Shown here in pieces: positions 30,900 to 33,841 of a stretch of DNA of 33,841 nt. Below the pieces are notes generated by a model that made no database searches, was not told where the DNA came from, and worked only from the letters and a program-made list of their open reading frames with translations. The position numbers were made by a program, and so were the translations under genes. This stretch comes from Sphacelaria rigidula (taxonomy: Eukaryota). Within the stretch, counting starts at the first letter, position 1, and each line of letters opens with the position of its first letter. The stretch covers positions 1 to 33,841 of the forward strand of contig CAXNAA020000029.1 in the NCBI GenBank assembly GCA_964200075.2, written 5' to 3'.

Positions 30900-32890
30900 G
30901 GGGACAGCAACCACAACTGCGCGGGGCACCTCAACATTGACATTAATAATGGAGCTCAAGAGGATTTCCGGAAAGAGACAACACCGGAAGACATGATCCG
31001 TGATTCACCGTGCACACTCGCGATCTGTGGGTTGCGGCTCTCCATGCAGCCGTTGTGCTGAACAAGACAGACGACAGGTCGATCAAGAAGCTAGGAAGGA
31101 TATTCATGGATCGCAGCCGACCAAAAGCAGGCAGCTAGCAACGGTAGTGGGTGCTACGTGCCTTTGTCGAGGATGATTTCGCCGAGATGAACTTGACTAC
31201 GACTTACGAAAAGGAAAGGGCTCAAAAAAACATCATGAAAGTACTGCGGGATTTGATTGCCAACTATGCCACGGGGGAAAATGCAACGATTGGAGAAACT
31301 TGCACGGACACGGGAGGGGAATGTGAAGGAGAACTCCAGGAACTACTGACGTAAAAGTGCATTCGCCCAGAAGCGACAGCTTACTTTAGCGTCGTGACCG
31401 AGAGGGTACTGAGACTACTGGTGGAGGAAATAAACTACTGCTCAAAAGAGGGCGGAATAAGCACACGACAGGGAGCTATGGACGGAAGCTACGAACTAGT
31501 CGTGCGTCCGTGAGCTTTGACATGGGTCACTGGGAAACCTTGACGGGTTTCACGCATGCGGGACAATCGAACATCTTCGAACATCAACAAGAGAAACAAG
31601 CTGGGAATGCGTCAAGTGAGATGTACTCTACTCGGATGGGTTCCACACCGTCTGAGCGACACACAGACGAGGAAATGAGCGTGACCACACGTGAGATCGT
31701 CCTACGGAGGGACGTGTGTTGACATCATGGTCTTGAGAAGACTATCATTGCAAACGGAAGAGACATCGAAAAAATGAATCAGGATACTTCGAAGAGCACG
31801 ACTGCTGCGGGAGAACTGTGCATCGACGGCTGAGGCAAAGCAGTGGACGAACTCATGCCTGAACGGAACGAAAGACTGCGAATGACCCAGCAATATACTA
31901 GAGGCGGATTAGCTTCCACCGAAAAAATCGAGAAAAAACTAGGGGTCAACGACGGCAAACAAAACCAACATTAGGTGGGAGTGATACGGGGCGCACAAGG
32001 AGAATCACCGCGGCTGCTCAAATAGTCGAAGAGCAAAGGAACAGTTCGGGAGCCTTCGTGCTTTGCAATAATATTCAAGGCTGGGGGAAAAAAAAACAAT
32101 CGAGCTCAGGTTGAAGTCATGGAACAGGGGTGCGTGCTGGCGGTGTAAGGGCTGACGATACTGGAAGGGCATGCACGCAAATTGAATTGCCGCTCGAATG
32201 GAAAACATTTAGCTCGGCCAATGTCCGCCGGGTGGGAACACTGGGAAGCAGCCGTTTCTAAACGAAGTGAAGGGACCGATTCAAGACAAGGCCTGGCAAC
32301 AAGTTCAAGCTCCTTCCGTTCGGAAGGCGGTGGGGACTGAGGTAATACTCGAGAGGAAGATGCATACAAACAGTGAAGTGGGCGTGGGACTACGCAGCAT
32401 CGATGTGGAGCAAGCGTCCATGCAAGAAGCCGCTGACAAAGAAATCAATATCAAGCTCGAGCTACCAGATGAATATCAAGGTTCGTCAGATGCTGTGGGT
32501 AAGCTCCGTCGTTCCCTGTACGGACCGTTCTAAGTATCTGGGAACTGGACGTCGGACCGAGGCCATGGTGAAGATCGGATCCGACTAATCAACGGCATAT
32601 CCGCGTTTGCTCTGTGAGTTCAATCTTGAGCCTAAGGGATACTGCTGGTTATGCGTGTCAACGACTTTTTGGCCGGTAGCAACGGGCACAGTGACAATTA
32701 AGGTGTTTAAGGAATAGCTGTGAATAGAATATTTTATCCAAGATCTTGGGGAGGCAAACTTCTACAAGAGATTCCATATCAGTCGTGATCGGGCCAAGAT
32801 AACACGGTACAGGTTATCAGCATGAGTACCCTCAGGACCATCGTGAACGGCTTTCGCATTGAGAAAGGGCGGTCAGCTACCGGCGGCAAC
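30900..32890 (+). mobile_element. Heavily decayed Ty1/copia LTR-retrotransposon internal region, antisense to and probably within an NDH-2 intron
   Basis: Copia RT-like motifs: LRSIDVEQASMQ...EINIKLELPDEYQGSSDAVGKLRRSLYG (~32388-32524), VMRVNDFLAGS (YVDD-box remnant, ~32648) and IQDLGEANFYKRFHISRDR (~32735-32791). Weaker gag-like remnants lie near 31150. Many stops and frameshifts; LTRs not identified; boundaries approximate. Confidence 0.8.
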
Positions 32891-33841
32891 AACAGCGTGC
32901 TGTTGTGTGTTGTCATCCCATCTATTCTGGGCGCCAGTCTACACCTTGAGGTATAGTGGACGTATCAGCCGGGGTCACACAAGGGAAGACCAACACATTT
33001 TTTTTCCATCATTATTTTGTTTTTAGCCCTCCACCTTCCTTCTGCGGTCCTTTACGGCTTTTTTTTAAATAGCAACAAGCAATCAGCAGTCCCTTTCTCT
33101 CGTCGACCGTGAAGTCGAATTTTGTGTGCCTATCGAAAAAGCATTGCCAGTCCACTACACAGGAATGACAGCTGAGAGCTGGTGAGACCGAAGCCCCACC
33201 GGGAGGTAGTGGGGGCCTTAACGTGGACCAGGGCCATGGCAAGGTCCGTCATCGCTGATTCGCTCGCAGGGTTGCCACGCACTGCAAAATTTTCTTAAAC
33301 GCTCCCGGAGGATGTCCTGGAAAGGTACTGACGAAGAAGAACTTTCCCAGGAACATTCTCAGCGACGAGACGATAATTTTGTACAGATCGAGGTGCGAGG
33401 TCTAGAGGGAACTACGAGAGGGCTCGCAAAGTAAGCGTAAGCTCCCACCTCCTCCACAAACTCCACATTTGCACCAAGACTTGTAGAGCAAGTGGCAAAG
33501 GACAAAACAGTGTTGTAACACAGAAAAGCATGTGTTTCTTGTGAGGCGTGCCCCACAGTGAGAATATCACCGCCTGAGGGCCCTTCTTAACGAAGGGGAT
33601 AATCCCCTTTTTCAAAATCCCTTTTTTCAAAAACGACCAGTGATTGGTCGCTGCGATACCACCCCCTCCAAAAAATCCCCTCAACGTGCACAGAAATCCT
33701 CCGCTGGAGAGGGGATATCAGGAAGTGCAAAAACACTTCCTGAAATCCCCTTTTCAAAACGGGATTTTCGGACACCTCGAAGGGGAACATACGCATCCGA
33801 TTGACAGGGGCACATGCAAAGGCTTACCACACAGCCTAACA

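Noticed and set aside
33359-33684. Candidate upstream NDH-2 exon
   Set aside because: No NDH-2 N-terminal motifs (GxGxxG, YD.LV.AVG, NTFG.PG) were seen in the minus-strand frames.
1-33841. CRISPR array, operon or other prokaryotic system
   Set aside because: No regularly spaced repeat-spacer array; coding density is low and the genes have spliceosomal introns.

Overview
Eukaryotic, intron-rich genomic DNA. The long TE-filled introns, short GC3-rich exons and repeat style suggest a brown alga or related stramenopile (inference only). I reconstructed two convergent spliced genes by hand. (1) A complete 9-exon + strand gene (3324..19254, 473 aa) encodes an N-terminal cyclic-nucleotide-binding-type domain with a degenerate phosphate-binding cassette, fused to a divergent three-repeat mitochondrial-carrier-like (SLC25/MCF) domain; intron 3 appears to be a GC-AG intron. 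(2) The last five exons of a - strand type II NADH:quinone oxidoreductase (NDH-2) span 30296..25633; no earlier exons were found in the window. The non-coding DNA holds a ~1.45 kb foldback element, a Stowaway/mariner-like MITE with TA target-site duplication, a tRNA-derived SINE-like relic, LINE-like 3' fragments (one folded into a hairpin), a decayed Ty1/copia element and several microsatellites. Most supplied ORFs are spurious. All family calls rest on motif recognition by eye, not database searches.
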